A DNA stretch of 55,800 nucleotides from an uncultured archaeon. GTDB lineage: Archaea; Aenigmatarchaeota; Aenigmatarchaeia; GW2011-AR5. Where the stretch lies: NCBI GenBank assembly GCA_964371455.1, contig CAYJMB010000001.1:1-55800 (forward strand), in the 5' to 3' direction. Of this stretch, positions 1 to 8,335 are shown piece after piece. The notes beneath the pieces are model-generated. The model was not told where the DNA came from and ran no database searches. It saw nothing but the letters and a program-made list of their open reading frames with translations. Each line of letters begins with the position of its first letter. Positions within the stretch are counted from its first letter, which is position 1. Made by a program: the position numbers and the translations under genes.

Positions 1-68
1 CACCTCTGAATTATTGTCAAAAGGAGTATATAAGTCCAGATAAGTTTACATTATCCTGCCCACATGGA

Positions 69-85
69 TTTACAATTTTTGTAAA
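69..85. promoter_or_regulatory. Candidate BlaI/CopY-type operator: perfect dyad TTTACAA-TTT-TTGTAAA
   Basis: Read directly: tttacaatttttgtaaa (69-85) is a perfect inverted repeat with a TACA-N5-TGTA core, about 60 nt upstream of the BlaI-family ORF. An extra GTTTACA half-site lies at 44-50. BlaI/MecI/CopY repressors are known to bind TACA/TGTA dyads. Confidence 0.45.
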
Positions 86-105
86 CAATTTATATCGGTA
101 TGTTC

Positions 106-121
106 ATATATATAAATATAA
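106..121 (+). promoter_or_regulatory. TATA-like A/T block, candidate archaeal promoter for the blaI-like operon
   Basis: atatatataaatataa lies about 25-38 nt upstream of the ATG at 144. This spacing fits an archaeal TATA box driving a leaderless or short-leader mRNA. Confidence 0.35.
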
Positions 122-143
122 TCTGTCCCAAACTCTGATTGCT

Positions 144-524
144 ATGGTGAAAATAAACAAATTAAGATTCGATAAAAAAGGCGCGCAAAGTTTTCTAAGC
201 CCTCTTGAAACTGATACGCTACTTATTCTTTGGAAATTGGAGCAGGCAAGAACTAGGGAAATTCATAAGGTTTTAAGCCGAAGGAAAAAGGTTGCCTTGA
301 CCAGCATCGCAGTTACTCTTGACAGGCTGCATCAGAAGGACTTAGTTACTAGAAAAGTAGAGAACGGCCGGGGCGGCAGCCATTATATATATTCTCCTCG
401 TTTTTCCAGGCAGGAATTTGAGGAATCGATTGTCGACCATACAGTAAACAAGCTTATTAATAATTTCGGACAAGTGGCAGCCAACTACTTTTATAAAAGA
501 TTCTCAAAGGGGCAGGACAAATGA
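144..524 (+). CDS. BlaI/MecI/CopY-family winged-helix transcriptional repressor
   Basis: The 126 aa product has the penicillinase-repressor pattern LSPLETDTLLILW...ARTREIHKVL...ALTSIAVTLDRLHQKDLVTRK...YIYSP. Its TGA overlaps the ATG of the next ORF (ATGA at 521-524). Confidence 0.75.
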   Translation: MVKINKLRFDKKGAQSFLSPLETDTLLILWKLEQARTREIHKVLSRRKKVALTSIAVTLDRLHQKDLVTRKVENGRGGSHYIYSPRFSRQEFEESIVDHTVNKLINNFGQVAANYFYKRFSKGQDK

Positions 525-1270
525 TACTTGGGTGTTTTGCTGGATTTGTTATCGATGCTGATAAATTATTATTAATGACAAGCTCTATCTCTTTTGCGAT
601 AATCACGCTTTTAATTCTCAGCAAATTTAAGCTCTCGACAAAAGCAAAAATAGGTTTTATTTACGGTCATCTCATTTTCCTGTTTTTCCCGTTTGTTGTT
701 TTGACAACAACTGCTGTATGCAGCGTAGGCTGCATGCCCTGTGCAAACAATCTTGCTAACCTTGTGGCGCTAGCTTTGCCGACAACATTATTATTGAGCG
801 CAATAGCCAGCTTTTTTGTTATTCCTGGTTTTTACATGTTCTTTAACAAAAAGGCAGAAATCAAAAATGCGCGTTTGCTCAAATTTGTAAAAGTGCATTC
901 TGCGCGAATAAAAATTCATATGCCTAAAGTATACATTATAGATAATGCAAACCCTGTCGCCTTTTCATTCAGGTCATTCAAGCCTATGGTATTCGTTTCT
1001 GCCAGGCTTACAGAGCTGCTTAATAAAAAAGAGATAGAAGCCGTACTGTTGCACGAGCTGGGGCATTTAAAGCGCAAAGCATCCGTGTTGACAATGTCTG
1101 TTTCCATACTTAGATTTTTCTCTCCTCTTTCGCTTCTTGCAAGATTTCATCACGATTCGGATATAGAAGAAACATATGCGGACAAGTTTGCCATTAGAAT
1201 TCAGAAAACGAACAGGTATATCAGATCCGCTAAAAGAAAGATTGATGAGTTTGAGCAAGCTCAAAGCTGA
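521..1270 (+). CDS. BlaR1-like M56/M48 membrane zinc metalloprotease (peptidase module only, no sensor domain)
   Basis: The 249 aa product has several N-terminal TM segments. It carries an HEXXH motif (LLHELGHLKR) and a downstream E..AD third-ligand-like motif (IEETYADKFA). It is translationally coupled to the BlaI-like gene. Confidence 0.7.
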   Translation: MILGCFAGFVIDADKLLLMTSSISFAIITLLILSKFKLSTKAKIGFIYGHLIFLFFPFVVLTTTAVCSVGCMPCANNLANLVALALPTTLLLSAIASFFVIPGFYMFFNKKAEIKNARLLKFVKVHSARIKIHMPKVYIIDNANPVAFSFRSFKPMVFVSARLTELLNKKEIEAVLLHELGHLKRKASVLTMSVSILRFFSPLSLLARFHHDSDIEETYADKFAIRIQKTNRYIRSAKRKIDEFEQAQS

Positions 1271-1633
1271 AAAAAGCAATCGAGCGTGGAATGGAAATAT
1301 GAAGCCAATAAGATCAAAACTGGAAAGAATGATACTTAATGCGGTCAACCAAAAGAGCGGAGCTTCCGAATTTCTGGCGAATGCTCTATACACGGACATC
1401 TGAGGGAGAAATAGTGAAGTTGTTTGGTAAGAAATGAATTCGGGATACAAAGCATTTGTCAATCCATTAACCGCATGCTCATGAGCGACGTACAAATGCC
1501 CTGCCACAGAGGACGAAATAACACCCGCCTTAATAAGTATCCCTACAGCGCCATCAAAAAGACACAGGATACCATGCGCTATGGATCTGATTAGAACCCT
1601 ATTTTTTGAATCCAAACACAAGTAACACCAGAA

Positions 1634-2020
1634 CTAAATTTTACCTATTTTCAAAGCCCCGAAATCGAAGCCAAAATATCCTTTCTCGCCTTGCTTTGTT
1701 TCGTGAGGCAAAGTACTGTTGACTGCACTTTTCCTTTTGCTGCCTCTATATTCAGCGCCTAGGTTTGTAGTGGCATCGGCTTTTTTGTATTTCCTAGCTG
1801 CGCGCCTTCTCTTTTTCTTTTCGACATCTGAATAGGTGCTGAGGTCTTCCACCAAATCGTCATCAAATAAATCCGTTGCTTCGTCAGAAAGATATGTCTT
1901 GGCAAAAGTGAACTTGCCGGGCTTTTCTTCGGCGAACAGATCTTTTGCGCCTAGATCAGGCTTCTTTAATTTGGTGTTTTCCAATGCCAAAATCTCAGAA
2001 TCGTTATTAATCTTTCTCAT
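1634..2020 (-). CDS. Hypothetical highly charged protein (acidic centre, KKKRRRAARKYKK basic patch)
   Basis: The 128 aa ORF fills an otherwise empty interval. I recognise no family motif. Confidence 0.35.
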   Translation of the reverse strand: MRKINNDSEILALENTKLKKPDLGAKDLFAEEKPGKFTFAKTYLSDEATDLFDDDLVEDLSTYSDVEKKKRRRAARKYKKADATTNLGAEYRGSKRKSAVNSTLPHETKQGEKGYFGFDFGALKIGKI

Positions 2021-2108
2021 ATTCCTTAATAGTATAGTTATTAAATTTAAGCCTAATTGTTAATAACTTCTGGCTCTGCTTTAAATATACTTTATTAACA
2101 ATAGAATT

Positions 2109-2492
2109 ATGCCAATTATAAGCGTTTCACTTGATGCTGAAATCATGCAGGAAGCAGACAGGCTCATTGCAAAGAAAGGTTACAAAGGCCGCTCAGAAAT
2201 TGTGCGCGCGGGCCTCAGAAACCTTATTGCCGATTCCAAGCAGCTCGAAAGCGTACAGGGAAAAATAACGTGCGTCCTCATGATAGTGCATAAAGACAAG
2301 TACGAGGATTTTGTGAGCAGGATAAAGCATAAGTTTGAGTCGCTTGTTATCACTCATCTGCACAGTACACTTCAGGATGAAAAGTGTCTGGACGTCTTCA
2401 TTATTTCCGGTAATGCGGACAAAATAAAATTGCTTGTCAATTCCTACGAAATAAGCAGAAAAATAAATTACATTAAAGCTTTCGTGCCTTAA
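2109..2492 (+). CDS. NikR/CopG-like ribbon-helix-helix regulator with C-terminal ACT-like metal/ligand domain
   Basis: The N-terminus IISVSLDAEIMQEADRLIAKKGYKGRSEIVRAGLRNLI is a typical RHH. The C-terminus has a NikR-like THLH...C patch. Confidence 0.6.
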   Translation: MPIISVSLDAEIMQEADRLIAKKGYKGRSEIVRAGLRNLIADSKQLESVQGKITCVLMIVHKDKYEDFVSRIKHKFESLVITHLHSTLQDEKCLDVFIISGNADKIKLLVNSYEISRKINYIKAFVP

Positions 2493-2503
2493 TTATTTGG
2501 CGT

Positions 2504-3325
2504 CTAGAAAACAGCTTCAACGTAAGCTGCGACAACTACGAGAAATTCTGCTGCGAGGAGGAGGACAAGCGCGTCGAATGCAATCTTCTTAAATTCCCTG
2601 CTCATTGCTTTTTCGCGCAGAACGCCTACAGAAAGGATGCCGCCTGCAAGCCCGGCGATGAAGTATGCGACAATTTCTGGTATGCCATGCAAGGCTATGG
2701 AGCCAAGGCCGACAGGCACGCCATAGAGGTACGCCACAGGGCTTGAAAGTCCTGACTCTATAAAAGACCTTACCAGAAGGCCCACATAAACTGCTATAAC
2801 TGATGCATTCCAGGCGAGGATGAATATTGCTCCTGCGCCGAATGCCAGTGACAAGACAAACATCATGACCATGACCTGCGTGTTATTGAGGAGGAACCTG
2901 ACAAAGTCTGTATTTTCTGTTGCGCTGCCTGAAGGGGAGCCGGAAAAGCTTTTCAGGGTTTCTGTCTGGAGAGAAAACGCAGGCTCTGCGTCTGCATAGA
3001 AAATAAACAAAAAGCTCATAGCTATGATTATGCCAAAGAAGAATGCTGAAAATGAATAGATGAGTTTCTGATGCCTGACAAACAAATTGCCCTGAATTTT
3101 TCTTTCTGCTGCCTGGTCTTCTTTTTCTTCCTCAATCTCAAAGAGCTTCTGGAAGAACGGAACGAAGATGATGGTGAGGAACGCGACAGATAAAATTGAG
3201 GACTGCCCCGGGAAAATGCTCAGTGAGAAAAGGATGGATATTAGTGTGTAGATAAAAGAAACCAGAAAAATCTCCCACGGCCTGTCTTCTGCCTGCTTTG
3301 GGTTGAGAATGGATTCAAGCACCAT
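2504..3325 (-). CDS. SpoIIM/DUF95-family integral membrane protein
   Basis: The 273 aa polytopic protein carries the characteristic ALHGIPEIVAYFIAGLAGG motif. Confidence 0.6.
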   Translation of the reverse strand: MVLESILNPKQAEDRPWEIFLVSFIYTLISILFSLSIFPGQSSILSVAFLTIIFVPFFQKLFEIEEEKEDQAAERKIQGNLFVRHQKLIYSFSAFFFGIIIAMSFLFIFYADAEPAFSLQTETLKSFSGSPSGSATENTDFVRFLLNNTQVMVMMFVLSLAFGAGAIFILAWNASVIAVYVGLLVRSFIESGLSSPVAYLYGVPVGLGSIALHGIPEIVAYFIAGLAGGILSVGVLREKAMSREFKKIAFDALVLLLAAEFLVVVAAYVEAVF

Positions 3326-3493
3326 GATATTTCTTGTGAAAGGCGCTATAAATTACTAATTACTATCAATCCTCAGACTTATCTGTTTGATATAGGTGTC
3401 CTGGTTTGCCGTCAGAATATTCTTTCACTAATTTGAACCTGCCATAACCTGAAGAGCGAATCCTTTAAGTTCTTTTCTGCGACATTCTTTCAG

Positions 3494-4531
3494 ATGGCGA
3501 TAGGTATTGTTGGGTACGGCGCGTACATTCCGCGCTTCAGGATAAAGGTTGAGGAAATAGCAAAGGTCTGGGGCACGGACGCTGCGGCCATAAGAGACGG
3601 GCTTCTTGTTGAGGAAAAGAGCGTGCCTGACCATGATGAGGATACAATAACAATAACTGTGGAAGCTGCGCGGAATGCACTGGTGCGGGCTGGGATAGAT
3701 CCGAAGCTCATTGGCGCTGTTTTTGTAGGCAGCGAGAGCCATCCATATGCAGTGAAGCCTAGCGGAACTGTTGTGGCTGAGGCGCTTGGCATAGGAACAA
3801 CATATACGACTGTAGACACAGAGTTTGCCTGCCGCGCTGGAACAACTTCTATGTACATATGCTACGGTCTTGTGAAGGCTGGAGAGATAGAGAATGGCTT
3901 GGCCGCGGGCGCGGACACTGCACAAGGACAGCCTGGGGATGCGCTGGAATACACAGCTGCTGCAGGCGGAGCCGCTTTTATTATCGGTAAAGACCCGCTG
4001 GCAGAGATAGAAGCATATTTTTCCTTTACATCGGACACGCCGGATTTCTGGAGACGGGAGGGGGAAGAATATCCGAAGCATGGCGCACGATTCACAGGAG
4101 AACCTGCCTATTTCAGGCATGTTGTAAGCGCGACAAAGGGCCTGATGGAGAAGACGGGATTAAGGCAGCAGGATTTCCACCATGTTGTGTTTCATATGCC
4201 GAATGGGAAATTCCCGATGCGCGCCGCAAAACTGCTGGGATTTGATGCCAAGGTATTGGAACATGGACTTCTTGTCAGCAGGATAGGCAATACATATTCT
4301 GGATCATCTTTGCTTGGGCTGACAAGCGTGCTGGATATTGCAAAGCCTGGTGAGAGGGTCTTGGTGACATCGTTTGGTTCAGGTGCGGGGTCGGATGCAT
4401 TTTCATTCATGGTGACAGACAAAATACTGGAAAGAAGGGATAAGGCTCCGAAAACAGAAAGCTACATTGCAAAGAAAACTTATGTTGATTACGGCACTTA
4501 TGCGAAGCTAAGAGGAAAGTTGAAGGTGTGA
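3494..4531 (+). CDS. Hydroxymethylglutaryl-CoA synthase (archaeal type)
   Basis: 345 aa. It has an [17 protein letters not shown] start and a thiolase-fold condensing-enzyme pattern (EFACRAGT..., [11 protein letters not shown]). It lies in the archaeal HMGCS/thiolase/DUF35 neighbourhood. Confidence 0.85.
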   Translation: MAIGIVGYGAYIPRFRIKVEEIAKVWGTDAAAIRDGLLVEEKSVPDHDEDTITITVEAARNALVRAGIDPKLIGAVFVGSESHPYAVKPSGTVVAEALGIGTTYTTVDTEFACRAGTTSMYICYGLVKAGEIENGLAAGADTAQGQPGDALEYTAAAGGAAFIIGKDPLAEIEAYFSFTSDTPDFWRREGEEYPKHGARFTGEPAYFRHVVSATKGLMEKTGLRQQDFHHVVFHMPNGKFPMRAAKLLGFDAKVLEHGLLVSRIGNTYSGSSLLGLTSVLDIAKPGERVLVTSFGSGAGSDAFSFMVTDKILERRDKAPKTESYIAKKTYVDYGTYAKLRGKLKV

Positions 4532-4536
4532 TAGTT

Positions 4537-4665
4537 ATGGGCGTTGCGGTGACTGATAGGTTCGATGAGAGAAGGATTGAAGCGGGCCGTGAGGATTATA
4601 AAAAGATGGAACGTGCACTGTACTATGATGAAAGGCGGCCTGAAGTTTATGGGGTTGTGATATGA
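4537..4665 (+). CDS. Possible 42-codon small ORF (MGVAVTDRFDERRIEAGREDYKKMERALYYDERRPEVYGVVI)
   Basis: Hand-translated and below the ORF-track cutoff. Its amino-acid composition is balanced, and its TGA overlaps the ATG of the next 42-codon ORF (ATGA at 4662-4665). Confidence 0.25.
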   Translation: MGVAVTDRFDERRIEAGREDYKKMERALYYDERRPEVYGVVI

Positions 4666-4790
4666 TGGCCGAGCTGACTACGCGTGAAATTTCTTTCGTT
4701 GGGAAAATAGCTAGCGGGAAGAAATTGCGGGCACAAGAAATAGGCGAATTGCTGCAGCAGAAATGGTATGTAGATGTGAAAATGATGTGA
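4662..4790 (+). CDS. Possible 42-codon small ORF (MMAELTTREISFVGKIASGKKLRAQEIGELLQQKWYVDVKMM)
   Basis: Hand-translated and coupled to the preceding small ORF. It may contain a short helix-turn-helix-like stretch. I recognise no family. Confidence 0.25.
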   Translation: MMAELTTREISFVGKIASGKKLRAQEIGELLQQKWYVDVKMM

Positions 4791-4817
4791 AAATATGAGG
4801 TGTGAATGGTTGTGAAA
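4774..4817 (+). repeat. Four TGTGAA repeats at about one helical turn spacing
   Basis: GTGAA starts at 4776, 4787, 4802 and 4812 (spacings 11, 15 and 10 nt). The repeats lie in the strand-skewed (C-poor) non-coding tract upstream of the thiolase gene. Confidence 0.4.
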
Positions 4818-5024
4818 AAGATAAATCCTTTCAATGAGAGGATACTGCAAACAGGCGCCTGGAATGTGTAGAACTGAAAAATGCACTGGCGGCTTGTGGG
4901 AAAGATGAAAATCCTGTAATAAAGTCCATAATGTTTGTTGGTAGAGGAAGGTTAAGATTAATTCAGAATGCCCCTACAGCGTTACAATTAATTACTATAA
5001 CAGAACATCTAGGATGCGAATACA

Positions 5025-6200
5025 ATGAAAAACGTGGCAGTAGTTGGTATCGGTCAGACGAAGTTCGGTGAGCACTGGGACAAGTCGCTGAAGGATATGA
5101 TATGCGAGGCTTCGCTTGCTGCTGTGGCGGATGCTGGCGTGGAAAAGAAGGATATTGAAAGCATTTACATTGGAAATATGTCTGCTGGAAGATTTGCAGG
5201 GCAGGAACATCTTGGCGCGCTTGCAGCGGACTGCATAGGCGTGAGTGTGCCGGCGACACGGTACGAAGCTGCGTGCGCTTCGGGCAGCGTGGCTTTCAGG
5301 AATGCGTACAATTCTGTGGCAGCGGGGCAGGAAAAGCTCGTGCTTGTCATAGGTGTGGAAAAGATGACTGATATCAGCATCCCGGCTGCTGTGCTGAGCT
5401 TGGCAGCTGCTGGTGATCAGGAATGGGAGGCTGCGGCGGGGCTGACATTTGCAGGCGCTTACGCGCTCATTGCGAGAAGGCACATGCATGAATTCGGCAC
5501 AACCAGGGAGCAGCTTGCAGCTGTGGCTGTCACAAACCATAAGAATGCTGTTGGAAATCCTTATGCGCAATTTCCTCATGCTGTTGCGCTGCAAGATGTT
5601 CTGGATGCTAACATGATTGCAGAACCCCTTGGCCTGCTGGACTGCTCTCCTATAACAGACGGGGCTGCGGCTGTTGTCGTTGCGGAAGAGGGCATTGCAA
5701 AGAAGTTGAATAATTTGCCGGCATGGGTTCTGGGTTCGGGGCAGGGCGCTGACACGCTTGCGCTGCACAGCAGGAAGTCTCTTGTAGAAATGCAGGCGAC
5801 AAAACAGGCTGCCAAGAGGGCTTTTGAGCAAGCTGGGATAGAAAGGAAAAACATTAATGTTGTGGAGGTACACGACTGCTTTACTATTAATGAGATCATT
5901 GGTTTAGAGGATTTGGGCTTTTGTGAAAAGGGTAAAGGAGGCAAATTTGTTGAGGACAGAAAAATAGAAAAAGATGGTGAGGTTCCTACAAACACGCTCG
6001 GCGGGCTGAAGGCATGCGGGCATCCTGTAGGTGCGACTGGGGTGAGGCAGATTATTGATATCGCGCGCCAGCTCAGGGGCAAGGCGTACAATCAAGTCCA
6101 AGGGGCTCGATACGGCTTGAATCTGAATATCGGAGGGTCTGGGGCGACGGCGGTTGTTAATATTTTTGGGAGTGAGTTGAATGGAAGAGGGTTGGGTTAA
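5025..6200 (+). CDS. Acetyl-CoA C-acetyltransferase (archaeal thiolase)
   Basis: 391 aa. It shows an MKNVAVVGIGQTKFGE start, an active-site-like AACASGS motif and a C-terminal GGLKACGHPVGATG...NIGGSG thiolase signature. Confidence 0.85.
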   Translation: MKNVAVVGIGQTKFGEHWDKSLKDMICEASLAAVADAGVEKKDIESIYIGNMSAGRFAGQEHLGALAADCIGVSVPATRYEAACASGSVAFRNAYNSVAAGQEKLVLVIGVEKMTDISIPAAVLSLAAAGDQEWEAAAGLTFAGAYALIARRHMHEFGTTREQLAAVAVTNHKNAVGNPYAQFPHAVALQDVLDANMIAEPLGLLDCSPITDGAAAVVVAEEGIAKKLNNLPAWVLGSGQGADTLALHSRKSLVEMQATKQAAKRAFEQAGIERKNINVVEVHDCFTINEIIGLEDLGFCEKGKGGKFVEDRKIEKDGEVPTNTLGGLKACGHPVGATGVRQIIDIARQLRGKAYNQVQGARYGLNLNIGGSGATAVVNIFGSELNGRGLG

Positions 6201-6601
6201 TGCCGCACAGGTCTAGTGTTGCGCAGCCATGGAGGATGCAGGCGAGCAGGTACCGGCTTGCGGGCAGTGAGTGTGTTATTTGTAAGAATGTGGATTTTCC
6301 TCCCAGAAGGATTTGCAGTAAGTGTGGAGGGCATGATTTGGTAGAACAAGTTATGAGTGGTGAGGGGGTAATAGAAACATTTACTATAATACATACAGCT
6401 CCTGAAGGATTTGAGGGCACAACACCTTATGCCATTGGACTTATCCGACTGAAAGAGGGGCCACTTATAACAGCGCAAATTGTTGGTGATGCTGAAAATA
6501 TTGAAATTGGAAAAGATGCCAAAGCTGTTTTTAGAAAACTTTATGAGCATGGCAAAGGCGGGCTCATACACTACGGATTCAAATTTGAGGTTGTGGATTA
6601 G
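6200..6601 (+). CDS. DUF35 Zn-ribbon/OB-fold protein (scaffold partner of thiolase/HMGCS)
   Basis: 133 aa. It has a CVICKNVDFPPRRICSKCGG zinc ribbon followed by an OB-fold-like C-terminus. Its start overlaps the thiolase stop. Confidence 0.8.
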   Translation: MPHRSSVAQPWRMQASRYRLAGSECVICKNVDFPPRRICSKCGGHDLVEQVMSGEGVIETFTIIHTAPEGFEGTTPYAIGLIRLKEGPLITAQIVGDAENIEIGKDAKAVFRKLYEHGKGGLIHYGFKFEVVD

Positions 6602-6708
6602 TTTTAGTTTTCGGATTTTAAGGTTGTGAGGTTGTATGAACACGATTCTACTACTAATCTGACTCTTATCAAAACCAATAATTCCAAGAGATTTATGGTG
6701 CTGAGAGG

Positions 6709-6726
6709 CCTTGATTTCTCATGGAG
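6709..6726 (-). repeat. ORB-like element 1 (contains tttctcatgga, the exact inverted copy of 6897-6907)
   Basis: ccttgatttctcatggag. The 11-mer ccttgatttct recurs exactly at 6813-6823, and tttctcatgga (6715-6725) is the reverse complement of tccatgagaaa (6897-6907). Confidence 0.45.
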
Positions 6727-6746
6727 ATGGTTGCTATGAGGTTGTT

Positions 6747-6791
6747 GTTTGTGGTGATTGTTTGTGGGTTCTGGTTTGTGGCGTTTTGTGG
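6747..6791 (+). repeat. Periodic GTTTGTGG repeats (x3 exact plus 1 variant)
   Basis: Exact GTTTGTGG occurs at 6747, 6760 and 6774 (13-14 nt period). A GTTTTGTGG variant lies at 6783-6791. All sit between the inverted ORB-like elements. Confidence 0.5.
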
Positions 6792-6812
6792 GAAAATATG
6801 GAAAACGAACAA

Positions 6813-6828
6813 CCTTGATTTCTTGTAG
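6813..6828 (-). repeat. ORB-like element 2 (direct copy of element 1 core)
   Basis: ccttgatttcttgtag shares the exact 11-mer ccttgatttct with 6709-6719, 104 bp away. Confidence 0.4.
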
Positions 6829-6895
6829 CAATGCAAAATTGAACAACCTATAGTTCTTATAACAATGTTATTGTACAGACAACAACAACAGGAGG

Positions 6896-6915
6896 TTCCA
6901 TGAGAAAAGAGGGGG
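6896..6915 (+). repeat. ORB-like element 3 with G-string (ttccatgagaaaagaggggg)
   Basis: It is in opposite orientation to element 1. The TTCCA...GAAA...GGGGG layout resembles described archaeal origin recognition boxes. Confidence 0.45.
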
Positions 6916-6948
6916 TGTGTTTGGTTTTTGGAAGTATATTTCAAGAAA

Positions 6949-6964
6949 CCTTGGTTTCCGATAG
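6949..6964 (-). repeat. ORB-like element 4 (degenerate: ccttggtttccgatag)
   Basis: It matches the ccttgatttct core at 9 of 11 positions. Confidence 0.3.
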
Positions 6965-7058
6965 AGATAAGTTTATATATGCTGGAAGAGAAATAAGGGT
7001 ATTCTCGGTTTTTTATTATTTTAGTTTTTTGTTTTAATTGTCATGCGGGGGTTGTGGA

Positions 7059-8333
7059 ATGGAATCAGTGACTACTACAGCGACAAATAAGATATCACAT
7101 ATAGCACCGAATATTGCACCGAGCATATCAGCCAACATCTTTTCTCAATACATACAGAACGAAGGCATATTCAAGGACAAAAAATTTCTCTCCTCGTCTT
7201 TTATTCCGCAAACAATTCCACACAGGGAACAAGAGATACAACAGATCAGTTCTGTGCTTGCACCTGTTCTCAAAGGGTACAAACCAAACAACATCTTCAT
7301 TTACGGGACTTGTGGAACAGGGAAAACCATATGCACCAAATTTGTTCTCAATCAGCTTGCAGAGATTTCCAGAAACAAGATCACGACACTTTATGTAAAC
7401 TGCAAGATGAAAAAAGTCGCTGACACAGAATACAGACTATTTGCGCAGATGCTGAAAGACCTCAATGAATTTGTGCCGGATACAGGGTTGCCTACTGATG
7501 TGCTTTACAGAAAATTCTTTGCCAAGATAGAAGAAAGAAAGATGGCCGTAATCATAGTTCTGGATGAGATTGACACGCTGCTGAAAAAGGTTGGTGATGA
7601 GTTCCTCTACAACTTCACACGCATCAACACAGAGCTGATCAAATCGCATGTCACCATCATAGGCATAACAAATGACCTTGCGTGCAGGGACAGGCTGGAT
7701 TCGCGGGTAAAATCATCACTGTCAGAAGAGGAGATCATGTTCAAACCGTACAATGCTGTGCAGTTAAAAGATATACTCGGGACGAGGGCTAAAATGGGAT
7801 TCAGAGATGATACCATTGAAGATGGGGCACTGAGCAAGTGCGCGGCACTGGCTGCGCAGGAACATGGAGACGCGCGTAGGGCTCTGGACCTGCTGAGGGT
7901 TGCAGGAGAAGTAGCAGAGCGCCTCGGTGAAAAGGCTGTTTCAGAAAAGCATGTAGACCTAGCTGAGCAGAAGATAAATCTGGACCGCATCACAGAAGCT
8001 GTGCGCATACAACCCAGACAATCTCAGGCTGTCCTGTACTCTGTCCTGATGCTGGAAAAAAGAAACAAATCGCAAAAGAAATGGGCAGACCTGCGGCTGC
8101 TGACAGGGGATGTTTATAATTCCTACAAAGCTGTGTGCGAGAAAGGCAGTATCAAAGCCCTCACACAGAGGAGGGTCAGTGACCTGATAAGTGAGCTTGA
8201 CATGCTTGGTATAATAAATACAAGGGTCATTTCAAAGGGCAGGCACGGCAGGACGCGTGAGATATCATTAGAAATACCGGACAGCACGCTGGACAAGGTT
8301 GAGAAACTCCTCATGGACAGGTTTGAGTGCTGA
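7059..8333 (+). CDS. orc1: Orc1/Cdc6 replication initiator (AAA+ plus C-terminal winged helix)
   Basis: It has the HREQEI motif, Walker A (IYGTCGTGKT), Walker B (VIIVLDEID), sensor motifs (GDARRALDLLR) and a C-terminal wHTH. The track ORF begins at TTG 7038, but the ATG at 7059 (MESVTTT) is the more likely start. Confidence 0.9.
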   Translation: MESVTTTATNKISHIAPNIAPSISANIFSQYIQNEGIFKDKKFLSSSFIPQTIPHREQEIQQISSVLAPVLKGYKPNNIFIYGTCGTGKTICTKFVLNQLAEISRNKITTLYVNCKMKKVADTEYRLFAQMLKDLNEFVPDTGLPTDVLYRKFFAKIEERKMAVIIVLDEIDTLLKKVGDEFLYNFTRINTELIKSHVTIIGITNDLACRDRLDSRVKSSLSEEEIMFKPYNAVQLKDILGTRAKMGFRDDTIEDGALSKCAALAAQEHGDARRALDLLRVAGEVAERLGEKAVSEKHVDLAEQKINLDRITEAVRIQPRQSQAVLYSVLMLEKRNKSQKKWADLRLLTGDVYNSYKAVCEKGSIKALTQRRVSDLISELDMLGIINTRVISKGRHGRTREISLEIPDSTLDKVEKLLMDRFEC

Positions 8334-8335
8334 TA

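Larger units (their letters stand above)
6604..7037. other. Putative chromosomal replication origin (oriC) upstream of orc1/cdc6
   Basis: This 430-bp tract has no credible ORF. It contains ORB-like inverted and direct repeats, a G-string (GAGGGGG), periodic GTTTGTGG repeats and A/T-rich stretches. It lies immediately 5' of orc1/cdc6, the canonical archaeal origin position. Confidence 0.5.

Noticed and set aside
1067-1621. A 184-aa minus-strand ORF and a 75-aa plus-strand ORF (1176..1403) cover the gap after the BlaR1-like gene.
   Set aside because: The minus ORF would overlap the well-supported protease gene by ~200 nt, and its tail is low-complexity. The plus ORF is in a different frame from the protease and could only be a frameshifted extension, for which I have no positive evidence. 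The coding status of 1271-1633 is left unresolved rather than called.
4555-4570. GGTTCGAT, a tRNA T-arm-like motif. A second GGTTCGAGCCC occurs at about 54669-54680.
   Set aside because: I could not fold an acceptor, D or anticodon stem around either site. The second site is simply the codons for GFEPS in tyrS. No tRNA is called anywhere in the window.
4625-4677. A C/D-box sRNA-like arrangement: ATGATGA (4625-4631), CTGA (4640-4643), ATGATGG (4662-4668) and CTGA (4674-4677).
   Set aside because: The spacers are 8 nt and 5 nt, whereas archaeal C/D sRNAs use guides of about 12 nt. The C' box is imperfect, and I found no terminal stem. The ATGATG strings are better explained by the stop/start overlap of the two small ORFs.
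3428-5873. Long antisense ORFs opposite the HMGCS and thiolase genes (3428..4120, 3490..3858, 4995..5873, 5576..6091). Similar shadow ORFs occur elsewhere (for example 16146..16574, 17094..17609, 21134..21721, 29910..30503, 40968..41549, 42656..43135).
   Set aside because: Their translations are Cys/Ser/Arg/Pro-rich or low-complexity and carry no motifs. They lie opposite ORFs with strong family signatures, so they are typical shadow ORFs of G+C-richer coding regions.
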